NCBI RefSeq assembly: GCF_044704955.1
Contig: NC_091977.1
Span: 249,178,001 to 249,242,000, forward strand
DNA length: 64,000 nucleotides
Origin: Pristiophorus japonicus
Taxonomy: Eukaryota
Direction of reading: 5' to 3'
Under the pieces are notes generated by a model. That model saw only the letters and a program-made list of their open reading frames with translations, did no database searches and had not been told where the DNA came from. Within the stretch, counting starts at the first letter, position 1; each line of letters starts with the position of its first letter. Made by a program: the position numbers and the translations under genes. Of the stretch, positions 38,790-51,535 are shown piece by piece.

Positions 38790-40880
38790 AAGTACTAGAA
38801 AGGCTGGCTTTACTTAAAGTTGATAAGTCACCAGGGCCTAATGGGATGCATCGTAGAATGCTGAATGAATTAAAGATGGAAATTGTGGAGGTACTGGCCA
38901 TAATCTTCCAATGCTCCTTAAATACAGGGTGGTGCCAAAGGGTAGAATTGCAAATATTATACCCTTGTTGAAAAAAGGGTGTAAGGATAAGCGCAGCAAC
39001 TACAACTACCGTCCCATCAATTTAACCTCGGTTGTGCGGAAGCTTTTAGAAACAATAATCCAGGACAAAATTAAGAGTCACTTGGACAAGTGTGGATTAA
39101 CTAAGGAAAGCCAGCATGGATTTGTTAAAGGCAAATTGTGTTTAACTAACTTGATTGAGTTTTTTGATGAGGTAACAGAGAGGGTTGATGAGGGCAATGC
39201 GGTTGATGTAGTGTACATGGACTTCCAAAAGGCATTTGATAAAGTGCCACATAATAGGCTTGCCAACAAAGTTGAAGACCATGGAATAAAGGGGATAGTG
39301 GCAGCATGGATACAAATTTGGCTAAGTGATAGGAAACAGAAAGTAGTGGTGAATGGTTGTTTTTCAGACTGGAGGAAGCTATACAGTGGTGTTTCCCATG
39401 GATCAGTACTAGGACTACTGCTTTTCTTGATGTATATTAATGACTTGGACTTGGGTGTACAGGGCACAATTTCAAAATTTGTAGATGACACAAATCCTGG
39501 AAGTGCAGTGAATAGTGAGGAGGATAGTGATAGACTTCAAGAGGACATAGGACAGGTTGGTGAAATGGGCAGACACGTGGCAGATGAAATTTAACGCAGA
39601 AAAGTGCAAACTGATACATTTTGGTCGGAAGAACGAGGAGAGGCAATATACACTAAAGTGTACAATTCTAAAGGGGGTGGAGGAACAGAGAGACCTGGGG
39701 ATATATGTACACAAATCATTGACGTTGGCAGGGCAAGTTGAGAAAGCGGTTAAAAAAGCATATGGGATCCTGGGCTTTATAGAGACAGAGTACAAAAGCA
39801 AGGAAATGATGATGAATATTTATAAAACACTGGTTCGGCCTCAATTGGAATATTGTGTCTAATTCTGGGAGCCGCACTTATGGAAGGATATGAAGACCTT
39901 AGAGAGGATGCAGGAAAGATTTACCAGAATGAGGAAAGGTGATATGAACTAAATGGTACAATTTTAAAGAGGTGCAGGAACAGAAAGAGTTGGGGGTGCA
40001 AAGACATAGATCTTTGAAGGTGGCAGGACAAGTTGAGAAGGCGGTTAAAAAAGCATATAGGTTCCTTGGCTTTATTAATAAAGGAATGAAGTACAAAAGC
40101 CAGAAAGTTATACTAAACCTTTATAAAACACTGGCTAGGCCTCAGCTGGAGTATTGTGCCCAATTCTGGGCACCACACTTTAGGAAGAATCGCATGGCCT
40201 TGGAGAAGGTGCAGAAGAGATTTACTAGAATGGGCCAGGGATGAGGGGCAACAGTTATGTGTCGAGATTGGAGAAGCTGGGATTGTTCTCCTTAGAGCAG
40301 AGAAGATTAAGAGATTTGATAGAGGTGTTCAAAATCATGAATGGCTTTGATGGAGTAAATAAGGAGAAATTGTTTGCAGTATAGTATTAGGCAGTCCCTC
40401 GTATCGAGGATGACCCGCTTCCACACCAGAAAGGGATGAGTTCACAGGTGTTTCAATGAGAGACCTGACATTCTAGGTCCCGAATGACATATTGAAGGGT
40501 GGAAGATGCCTGTGCATGGATTCTTTCAACGTGGGGTGGCCGTTGCACCCCAGCCACCACAGTGACAGAAGGGTCGGCAACCAGAGGACGCAGATTTAAG
40601 GTAAATGACATTAGAACGAAAGGCGACACGAGGGAAAACTTTTTTATGCACTAAATGTTTATGATCTGGAATGCACTGCCTGATAAGATGGTGGAAGTCG
40701 ATTCAATCGTGGCTTTCAAAAGGGAATTGGTTAAATACCTGAAGGGAAAAAAAATGCAGGGCTACAGCGAAAGAACAGGGGAATGGAACTAGCTGAAGTG
40801 CTCTTGCAGAGAGCTGGCACGGGTTTAACAGGCTGAATGGCCGCCTTCTGTGCTGTAACCATTCTATGATTCTATGACTA
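38790..40880 (+). mobile_element. CR1 LINE RT region plus 3' end, with a duplicated C-terminal segment
   Basis: ORF 38911-39594 (NYRPINLTS, DFQKAFDKVPH); HKSL..AGQVEKAVKKAY occurs twice; TTCTATGA tail. Confidence 0.9.
40381..40560 (-). mobile_element. Short insertion in CR1, probably the 3' end of an RTE-type LINE
   Basis: Interrupts CR1 at TTTGCAGT / AGTGACAGAAG; TAGGCAGTCCCTCG..CGAGGATGAC recalled as an RTE-like tail, family call tentative. Confidence 0.45.
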
Positions 40881-40887
40881 TATACCA

Positions 40888-42760
40888 TGGCCTAGAAATT
40901 CAGCTGCTCATCACCTATTTTCTGGTCGCTAAACAGCCTCCGAAGCTTTCAATACAGCAAGTATAGTGTACACATTCCTGGCTGGCAAAGATAGAAAAAG
41001 GTAGATGCACTCATGATAGGAGCACACATGGGGATCAGTTTAACAATGGATGGAGGCAAGATGATTCTTGCTCAGAAATACCGAGAAAGACTGTCCAGCA
41101 AATCTGTAAGTTTACATTGTGATTGGAGCTGGGTGTGCAAGATCCATGCGTTGGGAATGGTTCCAAATGCATCTTTCTAAGGTCATTTTCTTAATTCTAG
41201 GCTACCAAGTATGGTTGGGAAGGCTGATATAAATTAAGTAATTAGAAATAAGTTAGGAGAAACAATGAGTAATTCTTATGCCACTCTGAAAAGATAAAAT
41301 GGACTATAACACTTTTTACACTGTTTAACTCTGTTTAGAGCATGAGGAACATCTATTGCCCATCTATCTCGAAATCCCAGATGAGGTACATGTACTCCTT
41401 TGGAATAAATCTTTCCTCCGGTTCTTTCCAGGTACCACGGAGGACCTGTCAGTCTGCAGCAGATCATTGCACAAAACAGGTGACTGATACCTTAACTGCA
41501 ACAGCAAGCAACATCACTGTCCCCTTAGACAACAGGAAAGAAGAAGATTGAGCACGAGGTTTCCATCGAGTAACAGGATTCCAAAAATCCAGGCTGTCAC
41601 TGCTGTGCTACAGATGGCTTTCCAATTGCCAGTCACTTCAAGACTGACTGCATGCTTTTAGTACATGAGCAGCCCACACATAGAAACATAGAAACATAGA
41701 AAATAGGTGCAGGAGTAGGCCATTTGGCCCCTCGAGCCTGCACCGCCATTCAACAAGATCATGGCTGATCACCCACCCCAGCACCTCCCCCCCACACCCA
41801 CCGACCCCCCCAGCCACAAGGACCACATCCAACTCCCTCCCGAACACATCCAAAGAACTGGCATCAGCAACTCTCCACGGCAGGGAACCCCACAGGCCAA
41901 CAACTCCCCGAGTGATGAAGTCTCTCACAATCCCAGCCCCAAACAGCCCACCCCCCATTCCAAGAGCGTGCCCCCCCCACCCGGCTCCAGACCCACCCAA
42001 CACCGGGAACACTTCCCCCCGCACCCAACCTGCCCCGTCCCGTCAGAATCCTTCCCAAATGCCGAACATCCCCGGATGTCGAGCCCCCAGCCCCGGCCAC
42101 CCCAGAGCCACGCCCCCGCGATGCCAACCACACCACATCCACCAACCGCCATCTGCTCAGTCAACCCGTTCATCCCACTCTGAACATTCCCCGCACCGAG
42201 GCACGAGCCCCCAGGCCCGCCCCTCCAACACACTTCGCGCCCCCCCAGACCTCCGCTGCAATGTGGCCCCTCCTGTCCCCGGCCCTAGGTTTCTCCGCCC
42301 CCCCACCTCCACCACTCTCCCCTCCATCCCCCTCAGCCTCCCCGCACAGGCTCCCATCTTGGGGGCGGTAACCTTCTGGGGACAGGAATTTTAGCCCCCA
42401 GCGTGGAAGTCCTGCTCCCGCCGCAGAATTGGCCTTACCACCCCTCAATGGAAGCAGAGTGCAATTTCCCACACTCCACTTCCTTTGGGGGCAGTTACCA
42501 GGGCATGACTGGATGCTCCTGCGACAGTTGGAACTGGTGCTCTCCACTCTCTCGTCCTGTGACAGTTGGAACTGGTGCTCTCCACTCTCCAGTCCTGTGA
42601 CAGTTTGAATATATATATACGGGTTGTGAAATTCTCCACATCAGCCACCGTGTCTTGGAAGCTGCGAGACACATTCCAATGATTCCAACCATCTCTCATG
42701 CACCAAAAGCTCAGAGGATGTGAACGGAAGTGAGCTCATTCTCCAGCCAGCAGTAGTATT
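40888..42760 (+). mobile_element. Old Harbinger transposase remnant hosting composite element copy 2
   Basis: GGCCTAGAAATT start; LSSGSFQ...CQSAADHCTKQVTD fragment. Confidence 0.5.
41679..42609 (-). mobile_element. Composite VNTR/MITE/A->G hypermutated CR1 element (copy 2)
   Basis: Reverse complement is colinear with 7903-8910, including the GGGAAGGA|TTCTGACGGG deletion junction and tail. Confidence 0.88.
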
Positions 42761-43184
42761 ATATACTGAATTCGCTGTTAGAGTATGTAAGGTAGGAATG
42801 CCAGGGTGGGTCACAAAGATTTTATGCTGAAATATACAATCACAAACTCTCCTTGCCCAATTTCAATGCAGAATATCTGTTTGCTTCCACTAGACCCATA
42901 TTATTGATTATTTTAGTAACAAACTGTGAAATATTTAGCTATCATTGTTAAAAATGTAATGTTGAGAAATTGATAAAACATCTGATAGACATTGTAATTT
43001 AACAAAAACAAGAAAAGGTTTAATATTTACAAAAACTGACATTTATCCCCTCTAATTTATTTTCTTCTCTTACTAGCAGAACTTTTCAGATTGATTAATG
43101 TTGTGAACAAGGCGAAGGACAGAGATTTGTATCACATTTCACCAGTTGAGAGAAACAAGGTTACTGCTTTTTCAAAAGCCATAC

Positions 43185-43416
43185 CTGTGTGTCAGTAAAG
43201 AGAAAGACCGTATCTTTGTCCTCAACCCCAGCCAAGATATAAAGTTTCCGCAGGTCCTCGTGGAACGATTCATAGTTATAACCACGGCTGAGTTCAATTT
43301 GAAAGCACTTGTAGTTACATACGTGAGCAGCCAGTCGTGTGAGGGACTGTTTGCCCGTACCTCCAATACCCACAAGAAGTGCATTCCCTCGTTCTTGGCG
43401 AATAATGCGGGCAATT
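43185..43416 (-). CDS. DNAH6: Dynein heavy chain exon with AAA4 P-loop (GNALLVGIGGTGKQS)
   Basis: ttgcag acceptor, gtatgg donor; 232 bp; Walker A GxGGxGKQS of dynein AAA4. Confidence 0.93.
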
Positions 43417-44435
43417 CTGCAAGATCATTATAGAATCGTCTCAGATAGCATTCTTATTCTCAGCCACTAATTTCTTCAAAATATTATGCTGCTCTCAAAC
43501 ACCTGTAGCAAGTTGCTTTCACAACCTCCAACCCCTGATATAGTACATGCTGTTTTCCATTATTACACATTCGTATCCTCAGTCTCTGTAATGTTTTCAG
43601 TTGTCTCTGTGTGTTAATCCCCAAGAACAATTTCAAAGTTGTTAGGCACCTGTACATATTTACAATATTCTAACTTTAACTTAGTCCTCTTGTTTTAGGA
43701 GTGTTTTCTTCAGTATCTCCAATATGCAATGAATCCCATGGCACAAGTGCAAATTGGGAAAACCAGAGTTAATAGAAGAGCGACCCCTGATCTCCCACGC
43801 TCCCAGGCCTGACTCCCGATCTCCCTCCCCCGATCCTTGGTCCCGTGATTCTCGGACCCCCAATCTCTGTATTCGAGCCTCATCATCCTGGCGCAGGAAA
43901 TGTAACCTGCTTCTCCCGCATGCCCCAAAATAGCCACACACAAACTTCTGGGCCTTGGTATTTTCTGTAAACATACCAGTAATTAAACATGTCAATGTTT
44001 GGTTATCCATCAATAAGCCTATGCTGCTATGCAAGCATAACATATCTTCTATGTAGGGTAAGAGCTCGGAGCTGCGGGCGGTGGGACATCGGAGGGTCAG
44101 AGATCCCGGGGTCAGGGTGGGTGCCAAGAGTAGCAGCGATTGGGAGGGTCTTTAATCTGGGCTTGATATTCAGATAAGTTACTTACCTTTTTTGTTGCAG
44201 CGTTCCGTAGAGCTGGTTTCCCTGAGTGCAGCCTGTGATGGCGGGGGCAGCTTCAGGGCAAATCAATGTTGGAGTGGGGATTTCAAGCAAGCATCAGGCC
44301 CCTTATTTGGATATGCAAAGTCTAATGCCCACTATTTTGAGGTCTTAAGTGTCCACGCACTGTGCAATGCGATTTCTAGGATGAAATATCTCAACTGCAC
44401 AAAATGGTACCACTAACTGAAATAATGCATAGACG

Positions 44436-45097
44436 AGGGGGGAGAAATTCAGTCGCGTCTCTGTTGTGGCGTTAATAGAGGCGGAGTGGTACTTTTAGCG
44501 TCTTGAAAACGTTTGCGACTCCCGTCCAGAAATTAGTCAGAATCGGTCAAAGAGCTGACATGGGTGCTAAATCAGCCATTGCACACTAGAGCTGGGGGAA
44601 CGCTAATGAAAATGCCAGCGCTAAGTTTAACTGAGTCATTGCAGATCCCGGGAAAAGCCAAATCTTAAATGCACCCATTAAAGTTTTCTCAAGCTGAACT
44701 CTTATTTCTGTCTGCCGCTGCAAACTCAGAGGATCACCACCGTGCTGTGTGTAAACATTGCACTGACTGTGACCTCCGAGGGAAGCGCTTCCTTATCCCT
44801 TTAAGTAGCCACCAGTTAACAACTCTGCAAGCCTATACCAACTGTTTTTCCAGACGTTTTTCTTGGTGGCCACTACATGAGGCGGCCACACCTAATTTTC
44901 AGACTGGTGCACAAGTGTGGACGTTGCATCAGGAATAGGTCATGATCAGAATGATCATCAAGCAGCCAGGCGCTACTGGTTTGCACCCCCTTTGAGCCTC
45001 TAATGAATTTTTGGTCAGGGCGGTAAACACTGCGCTCCCAGTCGGTAACCTCTTGCGCTCCCATTAACGTTCCCTCTGGCTGCTAATCTCCAGCCCT
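44436..45097. mobile_element. Probable Harbinger-type MITE
   Basis: GGGGGGAGAAATTCAG / CTAATCTCCAGCCC imperfect termini. Confidence 0.5.
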
Positions 45098-45290
45098 AGG
45101 TATTTATATCACTGTACGAATGGATTGCACTCTCTGTGAATCATCATATCTGTAAAATTTCAATTGCACTCTGTGTGAACTATCATTATATACCTCTAAA
45201 ATTTCAATCAAACAATCAAACAGTTTAGGTAGTGACCAGTTAAGCAAAATTTTGGCAAAGTATTTACAAGTGTGGATTTTTGGAGACTTT

Positions 45291-46474
45291 GGCCCCAAGT
45301 TTCCACATGATTTGCTCCTGATTTTTAGGAGCAACTGGTGGAGAACAGAGTATCTTAGAAATCGCAATTCTCCACATTTAAGTTATCTGCAGTTCTAGTC
45401 ATGTAGAACAGTTTCACTTTTGAACAGAATTTTTTTTCTCAAAAGGGGGCGTGTCCGGCCACTGACGCCTGATTTGAAAGTTTCCACAGTGAAAACGTAC
45501 TCCAAACTAACTTAGAATGGAGCAAGTGAAGATTTTTGTAGGCCTGAAAAAACCTTGTCTACACATTAAAAAAATCAGGCGCAGGTTACAAATTAGGCGT
45601 CCGGAACGAGGTGGGGGGGGAAGGGAAGTCATTACATTCTACAATAAATCCTTAGTTATACTTATACAGATATTATACAAATAATTCCAACCTGAATAAA
45701 AATTAATCAGCAAAGAAAAGATTAAATAAACCATGTTCCTACCTGTGTGAAAGTGCTTCAGGCAGGGAGAAGGCTGCAGGAAGCCTCACAAGTTGAGGCA
45801 GCCGTTCCCGATGGCAGGGGGGGTGGAGGCAGTGAGGAGGCAGCCGGTCCCGACGGCAGCAGGGGGGAGGCAGGGAGCAGGCAGCCGTTCCCGACGGCAG
45901 GGGGGGGAGGAGGCAGTGAGCAGGCAGCCGTTCCCGACGGCAGCGGGGGGGAGGCAGTGAGAAGGCTGCAGGAAGCCTCAGAAGTTGAGGCAGCCATTCC
46001 CGACAGCGGGGTGGGGGGCGGAGGCCCACCTGCCGTCGGTCGGGCCCGTCGGGAAACGGCTGCCTCAACTTTTGAGGCTTCCTGCAGCCTTCTCACTGCT
46101 GCAAGAAGCCTCAGTGCTGATCATGGAAGGGCAATGTGGTTTTATTAAAAAATGTTAAAAATTGAACAGCTACAAAGAACTACAAAAATGGGCGAGTGCC
46201 AATGTTTCCTTCACACTGCGCGTGCGCGAACGCTCCAACGCGCACGCGCAGGCATGCCGGCACGGAAAAAAACTCATTTAAATGGTACCCGCCCCCTCCT
46301 ACTCACAAAATCGGCGCGAGTGGTAGGCTCCGCCCCCTGGGCGCCGCGCCAAGCTGACATCGAGCTGCAAAGCTCGGGAATAGTGCGTTTTTTTTCAGGC
46401 GCCGTTTTCGGCGCGAAAAACAGGCGCCCAGCTCGGAGGGGCGCCTGTTTTGCCGCGTGTGGAAACTTGGGGCC
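45291..46474 (-). mobile_element. Harbinger-type MITE, family A
   Basis: TIR GGCCCCAAGTTTCCAC / GTGGAAACTTGGGGCC; TTT 3-bp TSD; internal GCAGCCGTTCCCGACGGCAG repeats. Confidence 0.85.
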
Positions 46475-46795
46475 TTTGTTCCTGGCGCAGAGTTTCACTC
46501 AACAGAAACTGAATAGCTTCTGTCTTGTTCCTTAATTCCTTAATAGATTTTGCCTTTGAATCCTCAAGTACATCATTCCTTTCTAGTACTGTAACAGTCT
46601 CTTTGATCAATACTGCAACCTTCCCTATCTTTTCTGAATACATTGTAGTCAAGAATATTAAGTTCCCATTCCTCCCTATGTTTGAGCCAGGCCTCTGTTA
46701 TTGACACGACAGCATAATCTCATGTGGCTACTTGTGACTGCAGCTCACCAGCCTTATTACCACGCTCCAAGCATTACACACATGCACACTAAACC

Positions 46796-48773
46796 CATAG
46801 AAACATACAAAATATGTACAGGAGTACGCCATTCGGCCCTTCGAGCCTGCACCGCCATTCAATGAGTTCATGGCTGAACATGCAACTTCAGTACCCCGTT
46901 CCTGCTTTCTCGCCATACCCCTTGATCCTCCGAGTAGCAAGGACTACGTCTAACTCCTTTTTTTAATATATTTAGTGAATTGGCCTCAACAACTTCCTGT
47001 GGTAGAGAATTCCACAGGTCCACCATTCTCTGGGTGAAGAAGTTTCTCCTCATCTCGGTCCTAAATAGCTTACCCCTTATCCTTAGACTGTGACCCCTGG
47101 TTCTGGACTTCCCCAACATTGGGAACATTCTTCCTGCATCTAACCTGTCTCAACCCATCAGAATTTTAAACATTTCAATGAGATCCCCTCTCATTCTTCT
47201 GAACTCCAGTGAATACAAGCCCAGTTGATCCAGTTTTGCTTGATAAGTCAGTCCCGCCATCCCGGGAATCAGTCTGGTGAACCTTCGCTGCACTCCCTCA
47301 ATAGCAAGAACGTCCTTCCTCAAGTTAGGAGACCAAAACTGTACACAATACTCCAGGTGTGGCCTCACCAAGGCCCTGTACAACTGTAGTAATACCTCCC
47401 TGCCACTGTACTCAAATCCCCTCGCTATGAAGGCAAAGATACCATTTGCTTTCTTAACCGCCTGCTGTACCTGCATGCCAACCTTCAATGACTGATGTAC
47501 CATGACACCCAGGTCTCTTTGCACCTCCCCTTTTCCTAATCTGTCACCATTCCGATAATAGTCTGACTCTCTGTTTTTACCACCAAAGTGGATAACCTCA
47601 CATTTATCCACATTATACTTCATCTGCCATGCATTTGCCCACTCACCTAACCTATCCAAGTCAATCTGCAGCCTCACAGCATCCTCCTCGCAGCTCACAA
47701 TGCCACCCAACTTAGTGTCATCCGTAAATTTGGAGATACTACATTTAATCCCCTCGTCTAAATCATTAATGTACAATGAAAACAGCTGGGGCCCCAGCAC
47801 AGAATCTTGCGGTACCCCACTAGTCACTGCCTGCCATTCTGAAAAGTCCCCATTTACTCCTACTCTTTGCTTCCTGCCTGCCAACCAGTTCTCAATCCAC
47901 GTCAGCACACTACCCCCAATCCCATATGCTTTAATTTTGCACACTAATCTCTTGTGTGGGATTTTGTCGAAAGCCTTCTGAAAGTCCAAATACACCACAT
48001 CAACTGGTTCTCCCTTGTCCACTCTACTGGAAATATCCTCAAAAAATTCCAGAAGATTTGTCAAGCATGATTTCCCTTTCACAAATCCATGCTGACTTGG
48101 ACCTATCATGTCACCTCTTTCCAAATGCGCTGCTATGACATCCTTAATAATTGATTCCATCAATTTCCCCACTACTGATGTCAGGCTGACCGGTCTATAA
48201 TTTCCTGCTTTCTCTTTCCCCCCTTTTTTAAAAAGTGGGGTTACATTGGCTACCCTCCACTCCATAGGAACTGATCCAGAGTCTATGGAATGTTGGAAAA
48301 TGTATATGCTATTTCCAAGGCCACCTCCTTAAGTACTCTGGGATGCAGTCCATCAGGCCCTGGGGATTTATCGGCCTTCAATCCCATCAGTTTCCCCAAC
48401 ACAATTTCCCGACTAATAAGGATTTCGCTCAGTTCCTCCTTCTTACTAGACTCTCTGACCCCTTTTATATCCGGAACGTTGTTTGTGTCCTCCTTGGTGA
48501 ATACCGAACCAAAGTACTTGTTCAATTGGTCTGCCATTTCTTTGTTCCCAGATATGACTTCCCCTGATTCTGACTACAGGGGACCTACGTTTGTCTTTAC
48601 TAACCTTTTTCTCTTTACATGTCTATAGAAGCTTTTGCAGTCCATTTTAATGTTCCCTGCAAGCTTCTTTTCGTACTCTATTTTCCCTGCTCTAATCAAA
48701 CCCTTTGTCCTCCTTTGCTGAGTTCTAAATTTCTCCCAGTCCCCGGGTTCGCTGCTATTTCTGGCCAATTTGT
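46796..48773 (-). mobile_element. CR1 LINE 3' half, relatively young
   Basis: 371-aa open RT stretch at 47150-48265; 3' tail at about 46796. Confidence 0.92.
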
Positions 48774-50128
48774 ACAAACCGGACGGTCTGCACCAAGGCA
48801 GGACCGGAACCAATGTCCTCGGGGTTATGTTTGCTAGTGCTGTTGGGGAGGAGTTAAACTAATATGGCAGGGGGATGGGAACCAATGCAGGGAGATAGAG
48901 GAAAACAAAAAGGAGACAAAAGCAAAAGACAGAAAGGAAATGTGTAAAAGTGGAGGGCAGAGAAACCCAAGGCAAAAAACAAAAAGGGCCACTGAATGTA
49001 AAGGGGCTGCAGGAGGGGTCAAAACTAAAAATTATGGTTTAAAAACTAGTATTAAAACACTCTACCTAAACGCATGCAGCATTCGAAATAAAGTAAATGA
49101 GTTGACGGCACAAATCATTACAAATGGGTATGATTTGGTGGCCATTACAGAAACGTGATTGCAGGGTGACCAAGACTGAATTAAACATACATGGGTATCT
49201 GACGATTCGGAAAGATAGACAAGAAAGGAAAGGAAGTGGGGTAGCTCTGTTAATAAAGGATGATATCAGGGCCGTTGTGAGAGACGATATTGGATCTAAT
49301 GAACAAAATGTTGAATCATTGTGGGTGGAGATTAGAGATAGTAAGGGGAAAAAGTCACTGGTGGGCATAGTTTATAGGCCCCCAAATAATAACTTCACGG
49401 TGGGGCGGGCAATAATCAAGGGAAATAATGGAGGCATGTGAAAAAGGAACGGCAGTAATCATGGGGGATTTTAACCTACTTATCGATTGGTCAAATTAAA
49501 TCGCACGGGGTAGCCTAGAGGAGGAATTCATAGAATGCATATGGGATTGTTTCTTAGAACAGTATGTTACAGAACCTACAAGGGAGCAAGCTATCTTAGA
49601 TCTGGTCCTGTGTAATGAGACAGGAATAATAAACAATCTCCTAGTAAAAGATCCTCTTGGAATGAGTGATCACAGTATGGTTGAATTTGTAATACAGATT
49701 GAGGGTGAGGAAGTAGTGTCTCAAACGAGCATACTATGCTTAAACAAAGGGGACTACAGTGGGATGAGGGCAGAGTTGGCTAAAGTAGACTGGAAACACA
49801 GACTAAACGGTGGGACAATTGAGGAACAGTGGAGGACTTTTAAGGAGCTCTTTCATAGTGCTCAATAAAAATATATTCCAGTGAAAAAGAAGTGCGGTAA
49901 GAGAAGGGATAACCAGCCGGGGATAACCAAGGAAATAAAGGAGAGTATCAAATTAAAAACCAATGCGTATAAGATGGCCAAGGTTAGTGGGAAAATCGAA
50001 GATTGGGAAAATTTTAAACGACAGCAAAGGATAACTAAGAAAGCAATAAAGAAAGGAAAGATAGATTACGAAGGTAAACTTGCGCAAAACATAAAAACAG
50101 ATAGTAAAAGCTTTTACCGATATATAAA
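48774..50128 (+). mobile_element. CR1 LINE 5' part (ORF1 end plus endonuclease domain), head-to-head with the previous fragment
   Basis: LYLNACSIRNK, AITET, VYRPPN, MGDFN and SDH endonuclease motifs. Confidence 0.88.
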
Positions 50129-50284
50129 TATGGTTCGGGGAGGGGAAAACACCCGACCGCGGTGCCGCCCAAACCCCGCGGTAGCCGTCCCTTCAGGGAC
50201 GGTGAATTTCGGCCCCATGGTGTGTGTGTTTATTTATAAATAAATCAATCAAAGAACTAGTTGATGCTGAATAAAATACAGTAC

Positions 50285-50439
50285 CTAGAAACATGTTCGA
50301 CAGCATCTTGAAAGAAAACCAGTTTCATCTCTTTGGGACTTGTCATATTATAGTCATCCATGTAATCCCGTAAAGTAGATTTTACTTTTTCATAATTTTT
50401 CAGATCTTCATAAAGTCGGTCTGCTTTCTCCGCTCCAAT
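50285..50439 (-). CDS. DNAH6: Dynein heavy chain exon (IGAEKADRLYED...AVEHVSR)
   Basis: ttttcag acceptor, gtac donor; 155 bp; MKLVFFQDAVEH motif. Confidence 0.9.
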
Positions 50440-50584
50440 CTGAAAAGAGTAATTGTAAACTTTATTGTATAAATTATGCATTATGTATAATCTATGGAAT
50501 AACAGATACCTTGGAGTGATTATATGTGGAATAATGGCTTCATTGACTTGACTACATGCATAATAATGGGAATGTAGCAGTAAT

Positions 50585-51535
50585 TATACAGAGAACAATG
50601 ATTCAGACTTGAATGAAGGGGGTATGATTAAGAAGTTTGCAGTTGATACTATAATCAGCTGTGTGGTTGATAATGAAGAAAGCTGTCGACTGCACAAAGG
50701 TATCAATGAACTGGTCAGATGGGCAGAACGGTATCAAATGGAATTCAATCCGGAGAAGTGTGAGGTAATGCATTTGGGAGGGCTAACAAGGCAAGGGAAT
50801 ACACATTAAATGGTAGGACACTGAGAAGCACAGAGGAACAAAGGGACCTTGGAGCTCATGTCTACAGATCCCTGAAGGTAGCAGGCCAGGTAGATAAGAT
50901 GGTGAAGAAGGCACACGGAATACTTGCGTTTATTTGCCGATACATAGAATACAAGAGCAGGGAGGTTATGCTTGAATTGTCTAAAACACTAGTTATGCCA
51001 CAGCTGGAGTACTACGTGCAGTTCTGGTCACCATAGTGCAGGAAAGATGTGATTGCACTAGACAGGGTATAGAGGATTTTGCCTGGACTTGAGAATTTTA
51101 GATATGAGGAAAGATTGGATAGGCTGGGTTTGTTTTCTTTGGAACAGAGGAGGCTGAGGGAAGACCTTATTGAGATGTATTAAATTATGAGGGGTCTAGA
51201 TATAGAGTGGGTAAGAAGGACCTATTTCCCTTAGCAGAGGGGTTGACAACCAGGGAGCGTAGATTTAAAGTAATTGGTAGGATGTTTAGAGGGGAGTTGA
51301 GGGGAAATCTCTTCACCCAGAGGGTGGTGGGGGTCTGGAACTCATTACCTGAAAGGGTGGTAGAGGCAGAAATTCTCACCACATTTAAAAAGTACCTGGA
51401 TGTGCATGTGAACCTACAGAGCTACGGACCACGAGTTGGAAAGTAGCATTAGGTTAGAAAGTTCTTTGTCTGCCGGTGCAGACATGAAGAACTGAAATGG
51501 CCTCCTTCCATGCTGTAAATTTCTATCATTCTATA
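50585..51535 (+). mobile_element. CR1 LINE 3' fragment
   Basis: QMEFNPEKCEVMH and FTQRVVGVWNSLPE peptides. Confidence 0.85.

Noticed and set aside
47150-48265. Active autonomous CR1
   Set aside because: RT stretch is open but flanked by frameshifts, has FTDD at the catalytic motif where other copies read FADD, and lacks a colinear 5' half
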